Below are positions 1 through 9,723 of a stretch of 64,000 nt of DNA, one piece after another. Each line of letters begins with the position of its first letter. Positions within the stretch are counted from its first letter, which is position 1. Source of the DNA: Salisapilia sapeloensis CBS 127946 (taxonomy: Eukaryota > Protista > Oomycota). A program made the translations under genes and the position numbers. The notes under the pieces were generated by a model. The model did no database searches. It saw nothing but the letters and a program-made list of their open reading frames with translations, and was not told the origin of the DNA. Where the stretch lies: positions 46,818 through 110,817 of the forward strand of contig JAADVB010000029.1 in assembly GCA_023334545.1 (NCBI GenBank). Reading direction: 5' to 3'.

Positions 1-2351
1 AAAATGCTAGTGAATCGTCGGATAAAGAGATCATTATTGCATTTGCTTCGAATGACCATGGTATCATGCTTCAAGATAGCTTTGACTTGGATGTCAAGTA
101 TTCGGTGCTACTTGGTATCCAAGTCCCTAGAGTCTACCTAATTGCACAACATGAAAAGGATGATGGAGAGGCTCCAAGCAGCTATTTACGAGCCAAGATC
201 ATGCGTGACTTTGTTGGGTTTGATAAAGTCGATGAGACTGCTCGCCAAGCTTTGATCGACTTTTGCTATTACATGACAATTGGAAACATGGATGAAGCAT
301 ACCGGAGTGTCAAGCTTATTGAAAATCCATCCGTGTGGGAAAATATGGCGCACATGTGCGTCAAGACGAAGCGACTAGATGTTGCAGAAGTATGCCTTGG
401 TAACATGGGCCATGCTCGTGGTGCTGCAGCAGTTCAGGAAGCGAAGAAAGAACCACAGATCGAAGTACCAGTGGCAATGGTCGCTATTCAGCTTGGTCTT
501 TTAGATGATGCAGCGCGGTTGTATCGCGAGTGTGGTCGATACGATCTGCTGAACAAACTGTATCAAGCAAGTGGATACTGGCAGAAAGCCACAAAGATCG
601 CTACAAAGCAAGATCGAGTTCACCTAAAGACAACTTACTATGAGCTCGCTCAGCACTACGAAGAGATGGGCGACCTCGAAGGAGCGATTACTGCATATGA
701 AGATGCTGGTACGCATCACAAAGACGTTCCTCGTATGCTGTACAAAGCGGGCAAGATGGAGATGCTACAAAAGTACATTACCACAAGTAAAAATCGTGAC
801 TTGCTCATTTGGTGGGCTCAATTCCAAGAGAGTAAAGGGAATCTGGACAAAGCGATCGAGACTTATGAACGAGCGGATGACATCCTATCCGTTGTACGCG
901 TACTATGCTACAAAGGAGAGTACAAGCCAGCCGTCAAGCTTGTGCAGTCTAGTGGACATCGTGGTGCCGCTTATCACCTCGCAAGACAGTTTGAGCTTCA
1001 AGAAGATGTCCAAAGCGCCATCCATTTCTTCGCGAAAGGAGGTTGTTACAACCATGCCATTCGCCTCGCAAAGGAACACCACTTTGATGCAGAGCTAATG
1101 AGCTTTGCCGTTCGGAGCAAGCAGAGCGATATGCTGGAGTGCGCTGCTTACTTTGAAAATCGAGGTGATATGGCCAAGGCAGTGCAGCTTTATCAACGCG
1201 GTGGTAATCTGAGCAAAGCACTTGATTTGTGCTTCCAAGCACAGCTCTTTGACGAATTACATCATCTTACGGACGAACTCGGCTCTGCGGATGCATCTCC
1301 AGTCATTGTCAAGAAGTGTGCTGCATTTTTCGTCGCAAATTTACAGTACGAAAAAGCGGTGCACATGTACTTGCGTTTATCCAGACTGGTGGAAGCTCTT
1401 GATATTTGCCTCGAACATAACGTCAAGGTGACGGAAGAGATGGCAGAGCAGATGACTCCAGCAAAAGATGACAAAACTGTGGACAAGAAGCGTCGTGTGG
1501 AGGTACTTCAAAAGCTCGCCAAGTGCTGCAAACAGCAAGGATTGTACCACTTGGCAACGAAGAAGTATACACAGGCTGGAAACAAGCTCAAAGCCATGAA
1601 ATGCCTTCTCAAGTCGGGCGATACGGAGAAAGTCATTTTCTTTGCCAACGTATCGCGCAACAACGAGATCTTCATCCTTGCTGCCAACTACCTCCAAACT
1701 CTAGATTGGCGACAAGATGCTGAAATCCTCAAACATATTGTGACTTTTTACTCTAAAGCAAAAGCTACTGAACAGCTCGCTGCATTCTATGATTCTTGTG
1801 CTCAAATGGAAATTGAAGAGTATCGCAACTACGCAAAGGCAACCAATGCTATTAAGGAGGCGATCAAAGTGATCACAAAGTCTCGTGGTGATGGCCGTGA
1901 AAAACTTCTTGCGCGATACGAAACCAAGTTATCACTGATGGAGCAGTTTGTCGATGCGAGAGCTTTATGGAAACAAAACAGAGCAGAAGCAGTTTCTGTC
2001 ATTACGAAACTACTAGAGGAACCAGACATTGCAGACGCCATTCGAATAGGTGATGGATATGGAATGCTTGTGGAAAGTGCGTACGCTAATGGAGACTTTT
2101 CACAATGCGCCACTCTACTCCAAATGATGCAACGTAAAGGAATTACTATAAAAGCGTACGTGGATACAAGAGTTCTACGGAGTGTCGAAGAGCATATGAG
2201 AGGCCTTAATTCTGCACAGGAAGCTGATGGGAAGACCGGATCAACTAGCACGGGTAGCGAAGTCAAAGGCGCAAAAGGCAGTGATAACGATGCTGAAGAA
2301 GAAATTGATGAAGATGGAGAGATGGAGGAAGACATCGAGGAAGAGGATTAA
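1..2351 (+). CDS. IFT140: Intraflagellar transport protein 140 (IFT-A), C-terminal TPR region; 5'-partial
   Basis: Frame is open from position 3 (NASESSDKEIIIAFASNDHGIMLQDSF). Characteristic segments MRDFVGFDKVDETARQALIDFCYYMTIGNMDEAYRSVKLI, VWENMAHMCVKTKRLDVAEVCLGNMGHARGA and YTQAGNKLKAMKCLLKSGDTEKVIFFANVSR; acidic tail; TAA at 2349-2351. Confidence 0.95.
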   Translation, partial: NASESSDKEIIIAFASNDHGIMLQDSFDLDVKYSVLLGIQVPRVYLIAQHEKDDGEAPSSYLRAKIMRDFVGFDKVDETARQALIDFCYYMTIGNMDEAYRSVKLIENPSVWENMAHMCVKTKRLDVAEVCLGNMGHARGAAAVQEAKKEPQIEVPVAMVAIQLGLLDDAARLYRECGRYDLLNKLYQASGYWQKATKIATKQDRVHLKTTYYELAQHYEEMGDLEGAITAYEDAGTHHKDVPRMLYKAGKMEMLQKYITTSKNRDLLIWWAQFQESKGNLDKAIETYERADDILSVVRVLCYKGEYKPAVKLVQSSGHRGAAYHLARQFELQEDVQSAIHFFAKGGCYNHAIRLAKEHHFDAELMSFAVRSKQSDMLECAAYFENRGDMAKAVQLYQRGGNLSKALDLCFQAQLFDELHHLTDELGSADASPVIVKKCAAFFVANLQYEKAVHMYLRLSRLVEALDICLEHNVKVTEEMAEQMTPAKDDKTVDKKRRVEVLQKLAKCCKQQGLYHLATKKYTQAGNKLKAMKCLLKSGDTEKVIFFANVSRNNEIFILAANYLQTLDWRQDAEILKHIVTFYSKAKATEQLAAFYDSCAQMEIEEYRNYAKATNAIKEAIKVITKSRGDGREKLLARYETKLSLMEQFVDARALWKQNRAEAVSVITKLLEEPDIADAIRIGDGYGMLVESAYANGDFSQCATLLQMMQRKGITIKAYVDTRVLRSVEEHMRGLNSAQEADGKTGSTSTGSEVKGAKGSDNDAEEEIDEDGEMEEDIEEED

Positions 2352-2424
2352 ATTGAAACACACAAACGCTTATCCGTTACATAGACTAATTTCTTTTAGA
2401 ATCCACGTCCAATTTACGACTACT

Positions 2425-3714
2425 ATGTCAGATAACCATGCATCAACTTTATCTTCAAAAGCCTTTGTCATCCCAGAACCTGAACTCACACCTTACTTGA
2501 CTTGCCAGCGATGCAATTGCGTCTCTTTCATCGACGTGAACCGTGTCCGCCCCAAGGGTGCTGATTTTAGCACATCGGATGTCTCCACTTATGAGCAACT
2601 GCCTGTATGTATTGGATGCGGATCGACAAAGTATCTCCGTGCTGGTATCGTCAGTTTTCAAGGACAGATAGAAGCTGCACGGAAGGCAGCAAAAGAATTT
2701 GAACGAAAGCGGATACCTGCCACGGCGTTACTCCAACGGATGGCAAGAGGGTTTCTTGGTCGAAAGGAATATCAGCGTCGTCTTCGAGCGAAAAAGCGAA
2801 GAGAGAGACGAATTTACCTCGCGGCTACGTGTATCCAGTCCTACATTCGAGGTGTGCAAGCGAGACGTCGAAGTATCATTGAGCGGTGTCTAAGCATAAT
2901 CCGACGAGTTCATCCGAAATTACTTTCGTATGCTATATCGAGATCGTATCCGAGTGACAAAGAAGTGTTCTGGTATAAAAACCAGTCCGAGTTACGTGTT
3001 CTCTTTTGGAATTACCGTGAATTTGTACGCCGGTCTGGCGGACGCCCGACGCTATTGAAAGTGGAAACCAATATTATTGAAATCACGAAACGAATACTCC
3101 AACGAGAATATGTTCTGGTATCTCGGATCCAAGCTGCTTGGAGAAGCCTTACGACCCGATTAGTATTCCTGGAGTTCCGTCGACAACAAGGTTGGTATCG
3201 AAGTATCCGGCAATCTCCCGCCATCAGGATCCAACGACTATTCCGAGGACATACTGCCAGGAAAAAGTGTAGTGCACTGCAGGCTGTTCGCAATTATCCT
3301 GTGTATCAACAGCAGTACAAGGACCATCGTCGCGTTATTGCAAATGCAAAATTGTCCAAAGAGCATCGTGCTCGATTGATCGCATCCTACAGACGCGACT
3401 ATCAATTTGACAAGACCAAAAGGATGCTCTATCCTCACTCACACGAACAAAGAGTAGTCACTAAAGTCTCTACGCAAAATCAACTACCATCTAAAGACGC
3501 GCATGAAGATCACCCAACGTACTCACTGAAAGACAAGGCACATGCGACTGATTTAACACATCGATTTTCCCAGCTTACTGTACATAGTGAAAAATTTCTA
3601 GAGGCAAAACGACAAGTCGAACGTGTTAAAAGCCGTAAATTACGAGGTCCTCAACTGCATATACGAAAGGCCAAGCAATACGCGCTGCCCAATGCGCCGG
3701 AAGAGATCACATGA
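2425..3714 (+). CDS. IQ-motif (calmodulin-binding) protein with N-terminal Cys pairs (possible zinc ribbon)
   Basis: Four IQ-like motifs (LLQRMARGFLGRK, CIQSYIRGVQARR, RIQAAWRSLTTR, RIQRLFRGHTARK) plus CQRCNC...CIGCG. The ORF-track start (2227) overlaps IFT140, so ATG 2425 (MSDNHAS) is preferred. Confidence 0.75.
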   Translation: MSDNHASTLSSKAFVIPEPELTPYLTCQRCNCVSFIDVNRVRPKGADFSTSDVSTYEQLPVCIGCGSTKYLRAGIVSFQGQIEAARKAAKEFERKRIPATALLQRMARGFLGRKEYQRRLRAKKRRERRIYLAATCIQSYIRGVQARRRSIIERCLSIIRRVHPKLLSYAISRSYPSDKEVFWYKNQSELRVLFWNYREFVRRSGGRPTLLKVETNIIEITKRILQREYVLVSRIQAAWRSLTTRLVFLEFRRQQGWYRSIRQSPAIRIQRLFRGHTARKKCSALQAVRNYPVYQQQYKDHRRVIANAKLSKEHRARLIASYRRDYQFDKTKRMLYPHSHEQRVVTKVSTQNQLPSKDAHEDHPTYSLKDKAHATDLTHRFSQLTVHSEKFLEAKRQVERVKSRKLRGPQLHIRKAKQYALPNAPEEIT

Positions 3715-3854
3715 ATGTGAATGAAATTGTACTCAGATATCATATCCATCCAATCTGTATCCGTCAATAAATTATCTACCAATTAGAAGACAATTAGAGA
3801 CCCTCCATTTCACACTCGTATTCTACCATTAAACGCATCTCGAGCTCTACTTAG

Positions 3855-5475
3855 ATGGCTATGTCTACACAGCAGTACTCGGTCGTGACGTTTGGTTGCG
3901 GCGATGATGGACAGCTCGGTCGAGGTGACCGGCCGAAAGAAGTATACACGGGAATTGAAGAGGTGTCTGGTGCGAATTTCCCGCAGTCCGTGGAACTGGC
4001 TGCGGACATTGATCTCATCGCGATCTCCTGTGGATCTCGCCACACCATGGCACTCACATCCTCCGGAGATGTCTACTCTTGGGGATGGGGAATGGTACAC
4101 ATCCCTTTATTCTGTAGTAATATGATCTCTTGACTCAATTGCTCTGGAGTAGATGGGTCAATTGGGTCATGGCACACTGCAGAACGCCTCGGCACCAACG
4201 AAAATTCAATTCTTTGCTGATGCAGGCATTCAAATCGGCTACATTTCCTGCGGTGGTTGCCACTCTGCTGCAGTCACGAAAGACGGTTCGTACATGCATA
4301 AATTTCCGACATGAAGTCTATCTAATGCCATCAATAGGTGAACTGTACATGTGGGGAGAATCTCACTGGAGTCAACTCGGTCTTCCGAAAGACAGTATCA
4401 ATACCCACCACTCTCTTCCAACCAAGTGTATCGTCGGAAATGAAGACGCACCAGAACGAATTGTTAAAATTAGTTGTGGTACATCTACTAGCTACATTTC
4501 TATATAAATACTTTCTTACGTCATCATTAGGAGGAGCACACACGGCAGCTCTAACGGATGAAGGTCGTGTCTACACCTGGGGCCGATGTGACAGTGGACA
4601 ACTCGGCATCGGTCGATCCTGGGTTTCCGTATCGGACGACGAAGGATCTATGGGCGTCAGTCAACCAAGACTCGTGGATGACTTTGATGGCGAGTCTGTT
4701 GTACAGGTGGCTTGTGGTGCTTTCCATACGGCAGCTGTCACGTCCTCCGGCAAGGTCTACGTCTGGGGTAAAGAGGACTTTGGTATGCTTGGCACAAGTC
4801 ACGTCAAAGACATTCAGCGTCCACAACGTGTTACGTTCTTCGACGACATCCCTGCCCTGTAAGACTTCGCATCCAGTGCACTGATACAGAGACTAATGCC
4901 TCTCCTCTTGTAGACGTGTTTCATGTGGCGGATGGCACACTGTCGTCGTCGCACGATCCGGCGCTTGCTACTCGTTTGGACGAGGAGAATACGGACGACT
5001 TGGCTTGGGCGATACCAAGAGCCGATCAGCGCCTCAACTGGTATCTTATCGTCTCGACTCCTTTTATGTAGATGGAAAACTAATGGAGGGTGACGTAGGT
5101 GGAAGCGTTAAAGGACAAATTTGTGGTCCAGGCTGCTTGCGGAGGTTCCCACACACTGTTCCTAACGAGTGACGGCGAGGCGTACAGTGCTGGACGAGCC
5201 GAGTATGTGGTTTGTGTTATTCAATTATTATGCAGACGACTGATGTAGATGGATATAGTCACGGTCGATTGGGACACCCGGAGTTGAAGACGACGCTGGT
5301 GCCGCAGCTGATGGAAGAAGTGAGTCCTCACGGTTTACCGATTCGCCAAGTTTCCACAGGAGGTGCACACTCGGCTGCGTTGTTACACTCATCGCATGTG
5401 CTTTTTTCACCGTTGATTACTCCCCAAGCGACGGATAATACTGTTCCTCCGATTAAGTCGTCCGATTCAGCATGA
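3855..5475 (+). CDS. RCC1-repeat (UVR8/HERC-like) beta-propeller protein, multi-exon
   Basis: RCC1 repeats spread over frames: TFGCGDDGQLGRG, ISCGSRHTMALTSSGDVYSWGWG, GGAHTAALTDEGRVYTWGRCDSGQLGIG, VACGAFHTAAVTSSGKVYVWGKEDFGMLG, HGRLGHP...QVSTGGAHSAAL. Short GT-AG introns link them (e.g. near 4102-4151 and 4859-4912). About 7 exons; internal boundaries approximate. Confidence 0.85.
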
Positions 5476-7356
5476 AATCTTAGACGTACAGAGGGTAAAG
5501 AGGAATAGAGGTTGGATCTTGTCTCTTCTGCACACTTTTCCACGTCCAGTAGCATGGTGTATATTTTAGTTCTTACTGGTAATCTTAAAGCTTGGATTAT
5601 CGATCTAATAATTCTCGCTGACAAAGGAAGGATAGGACACCTGGACGACTATATTGTAGTTGTATGGGATGCTTTTAAAGTATATCTTTCACTTGTAGAG
5701 ATGAGAAACCTGAGCTAGTACTGAATTCGCTGGACTAAACTACCAGAGAGAACTCGTTAATCATTTAAAAGATACATTTTATAAAGCCAGGGTTTGGAAG
5801 ACAATCATGTAGAATAGATGGACGTTTATGTTTTCGTCTCTTTTCATAATGGTAACATCGCTTATTGATAGTGATTGTCATAAAGCAATTTGACGGGCGT
5901 GTATTCCATGGCATACATTTATCTTGACACATAATTATATCGCATTCGTCAGCTCTTCAAAGGTGAAGTTGTCAAATTTGTAAGTTGCAAACTAGTTTTA
6001 GCTGATTTAATAAAGATATATTTTGTTTGACCGGTGGCACATTTCCGCTATAGCAATACAGTTAGACCGTGTTCGTGTTGAGTACCGATTGTGCAAAATT
6101 GGGGGTTCAGCTTTTGTAGTTCTATTCCTGATAGTCAAATCGAGCAATGCCGCGTTTGCTGAGAATAGCCGATTGTGGCTTGCCACTTGCCATTGGAAAC
6201 CTAGCGTAGCACTTCTATACAGCCTTCCTGCCAAACTAGGAGTGCAGGAACAAGTGATCGTTCGTCTTGGATGCAATCATGAGGAAGCCATCTTCGAGAA
6301 GACTTCAAGGCACGCCTGGTGCTCGACATGTGCAAATTTGAAAAAGCGCGCGAAAGGCTTGGTGAGCTTTTCGCTTTACTTGCGCTAGTTAGCTCTTCGC
6401 TATTATTTCGGAGCAGATGTAGTACAGTGGTGGATGAAATAATTGGTTGATATTTTCGACTCACACTGTACATCGTCCCTCTGAATTAGCTTTTTTTCAA
6501 AGATTCATTTTTTAAATTTATCTTTGGAATCCATGTTGGACTTTCCTTCTGAATTAGCGAAGAGCTCAGTGTTGCAAATAAATCGAATGCAGCTTCAACT
6601 TGAAAGGCTTCGCTGATCTACCATGATAAGCTCGACACTAGTCCCGCCAAGACATGACAGAGGAACGGACGATGCACGTGGATAGGAGCGGAAAGGTGGA
6701 TAGCGACATAAGAATAGGCCGACACCAAATACTTGGGTGTTGATTTCAATTATATTTCATGTGGGTTTGTTCGCAAAATGTCTAGTATATATGATACCTG
6801 ATTATCTGCCCAACGAACACGGCCTTAATGCGTAACTAAGTTTAGCTTACGGATAAAGTGGATCCTATGTTGTTCACGGACTAAATGATATCTCAAAGCA
6901 TGGTGTATTCAAGCAAGCATTTGTCTATTCTTGCTTGCTTTTGGTTATGTTGCGAGGTTGACTTTTCGGCACACTGACGATTTGCCCTCTAGTAGTACCC
7001 TGCTTTCTTATCTCCATACATTATGACCATGATATATGAAGGCTGATAGGTAAATGGACGGGAACAATTTCAAATCCTGATAAAAGTAGCTTTGCATGCA
7101 ACAAGTCCGCTCAAGCTGGTCCTTGCTGAAATTCTGGTAGAATTCGTCACCGTCAATTTTGCTCGAAACTTCTAGGCAATCAATTATCTCGTCTTTATCT
7201 CTAGCTACTTAGATACCGGCTATTCGACTACCAATTCATTGACTCTAAGATGGCTATATCATCATAACTTATGCCACTATGCATCTTGGAATGTGAGAAA
7301 TTGCATGTGGCATGTATCAATCACCGATCAAGTCTCGATCGTTTATATTTCAACCT

Positions 7357-7725
7357 TTAGCTACTCTGAGGCGTCAGCAGATCGTCATCGGAGGTGAGAA
7401 ACCTGTTATGGGCATTGGCATAAAGTTTGTAGGTAACAATTCCGATCGCGGCAGCACCAACGACGGAGCCAACTACAACTGCCGCCACAGCTCCAGTTTC
7501 CATTGCTGAGCCCTCCGATTCGCCCTCGTCTTCTTTCGTAAAGGCAGCATCTGTCACAATGGCAGTTGAGGTCGGATGAGACGGCGAGGAGCCGGCTGCC
7601 ATTTCTTCAGAACTGGAGTCATTGGATAAGGGAGCTGATCTTAGCAATGGACAAGGCGTCTTTTGTCCTTGAGTGACCGCAGTGAATAGCCCCGCAAAGA
7701 GTGTCAAGCATTGCCAAGTCTTCAT
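7357..7725 (-). CDS. Small single-pass type I membrane protein (signal peptide, Ser/acidic ectodomain, TM helix, short tail)
   Basis: MKTWQCLTLFAGLFTAVTQG looks like a signal peptide; GAVAAVVVGSVVGAAAIGIVTYKLY is a TM segment followed by basic/aromatic residues. ATG at 7725. Confidence 0.65.
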   Translation of the reverse strand: MKTWQCLTLFAGLFTAVTQGQKTPCPLLRSAPLSNDSSSEEMAAGSSPSHPTSTAIVTDAAFTKEDEGESEGSAMETGAVAAVVVGSVVGAAAIGIVTYKLYANAHNRFLTSDDDLLTPQSS

Positions 7726-8120
7726 TTGATCTTTTTCGCTCCGATTAACAAGGATTCTGATAGCCACTTATCCGACACATCTTTTAGATGTGCAGGAACC
7801 CGACGTCGTCCCGGCCATGGACACCTCTTGAAGGTATCTCAAGTTAATCAACCTTTTGTTCGACCAAGAAACCAACGCTAGACCTTATTAATTTAGTCTT
7901 ATTTATTATTAACGCCGACTTTCATCATGTCTATAATCACTAAAGAAAATGAAAAGAGCATGTTTAATATTCGTTTGAATCCTGCGCCAGTGCTGCCCCC
8001 ATGTGGCTCAGGACCACAAGCTGATCTGTCTAACTCGAGTTTATAGCTCAAAATATAGTTTCTTTGTAGGAGACAGGAGATATATAGCTTTTAAGTGATT
8101 TTACATAGAAAGGGTACATT

Positions 8121-9618
8121 TTGCTCAATATGGATGTTGAAAACTATGGATGCGACCAACATCTTCCTGGAATGGACCGAGATTACGCGGGAGACTTGCG
8201 TCGGAGCAACCCAAGCAGTGCATCTGCACGACCTACTACTGTCGATTCTAGTAAGCAGAATGGTCATGGCCATCGTATAATACGACATCCATCGAACTTG
8301 AGCTATGACACAGTGGAGGTGAAGCAAGAGCTGTTGGACGAACTACAGACCGATAGCAACTCGGCACCTCCATCAACGAGTAATGGGCTAATCATTCCAT
8401 TTGTCGCGCCTCTTCTAGACGTGTCCACTACCAGATATGTTCTTGTGGATGAGGGTCGTTCGCCAAGACAATTTAAAGGAGATTTGCCTCGCATGCTGCA
8501 AGCAATGCACGAGTTCTCGTCCAAGTACAGATCCGTTGCATTCTTCCAATGCGTATCAGACAAGTATGCTAGCTTAACTTATGGATATTCAGGTACATAT
8601 TTATCTTCTCTTCCTATCAAGTCTATCAAGTATGATAGGGTCATGCATATCTAGACATGGACACTTCGCCTGCGTATCTTGCGACTATCGAAAGGCTCCT
8701 TCATCAAGTCCACAAGAGTATCTTGTCAGATGGCGATGCTGGACTGGAAGGCATCGATATATGCTTCAGTAACATTCCATGCATTAATAATTGACAAGAG
8801 TAGGATCTAATCATGTATCTTGAACGATAGTTGCTGCGATTGAAAAGAACTGGGATAGTGTCCACAACTTTTACTCTCGCGCGCAGTCAAAAGCAGCGAA
8901 TAATACCTCGATTACCTCATTAAGTGACACGTACAAACAACAAGGTTCTTCCGAAGTGAGGTTGACCGTAAAGCCTCCATCATCTCGAGTGTCTTCAAAA
9001 GGAGATGACACGTGCAATACAGACATCTCTAGTACCTGTAGTGAAACAGCTCTTCCAAACACGACATCCTATACCTCTAGTACTACAGTCAGCGAAGACC
9101 ATAGTAGACAGAAGGAGGAAGAGTTCGACGGCGATGAGTCTGCCAAAGATCCAGGACTCAAAACTGCAGCGAGTGACTTGAGCGAGTCTGTGGACGACGA
9201 GCTGATGTACACAGATCTTCAGCGTCTTACTCAAAAGCTAGAAGAGCGTAGGCAGTCTCTAAAAGAGCAAGAGGAGGCATACAAATCAGAAGTCGAGCGT
9301 TTGCGTCAGGTAACGACCAAGATCCGACTCGCCAAGAAGAAGCTTAAGCGACTACGGAAAAAAGAAAAGGAAAGGAAACGTTTACGTCGGGAGATGGAAG
9401 AAGTAGAAAAGCACAAACATGACGAAGAAAGCGGGAGTGCGTGCAGGAAAGCTCGGAAAAAGATGGAAAAGTACAAGAACGACGTGTACTGGCGATGGCA
9501 GTTGCTCCAGTCCGAAGCCCATCGATACGATCTTCTCGTCGATCAGAAACTCCAGGAGCTCCGACGCGAGTACAATAGCGTGAGTTTCTTCCCGACGGAT
9601 GATTTTCTTCAGTCATAG
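8121..9618 (+). CDS. Hypothetical protein with C-terminal charged coiled coil, 3 exons
   Basis: ORFs 8121-8654, about 8655-8769 and about 8831-9618 join through GT-AG introns (about 8593-8654 and 8770-8830) into one frame (YGYS|DMDTSPAYLATIERLLHQV...ICF|IAAIEKNWDSVHNFY). K/E/R-rich heptads near the C-terminus. Confidence 0.65.
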
Positions 9619-9723
9619 GACAACGTCTTCCTCGCCAAAGTTATAAGAAGGCATTAGTTGCGTGTAAAATGCATTCTTTTTCGTGTTCAATGTACCTTGT
9701 TCCTAAACTGTTTCTCGTCCGTC

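Noticed and set aside
6007-6473. Three overlapping ORFs of 89-121 aa in the gene-free gap
   Set aside because: No recognisable family, non-ATG starts in part, and no consistent exon chain. They may be decayed sequence but I cannot support a call.
6481-6558. Direct repeat CTGAATTAGC at 6481 and 6549 around an AT-rich stretch
   Set aside because: Only two 10-bp copies; too short to call a CRISPR-like array, LTR or target-site duplication.
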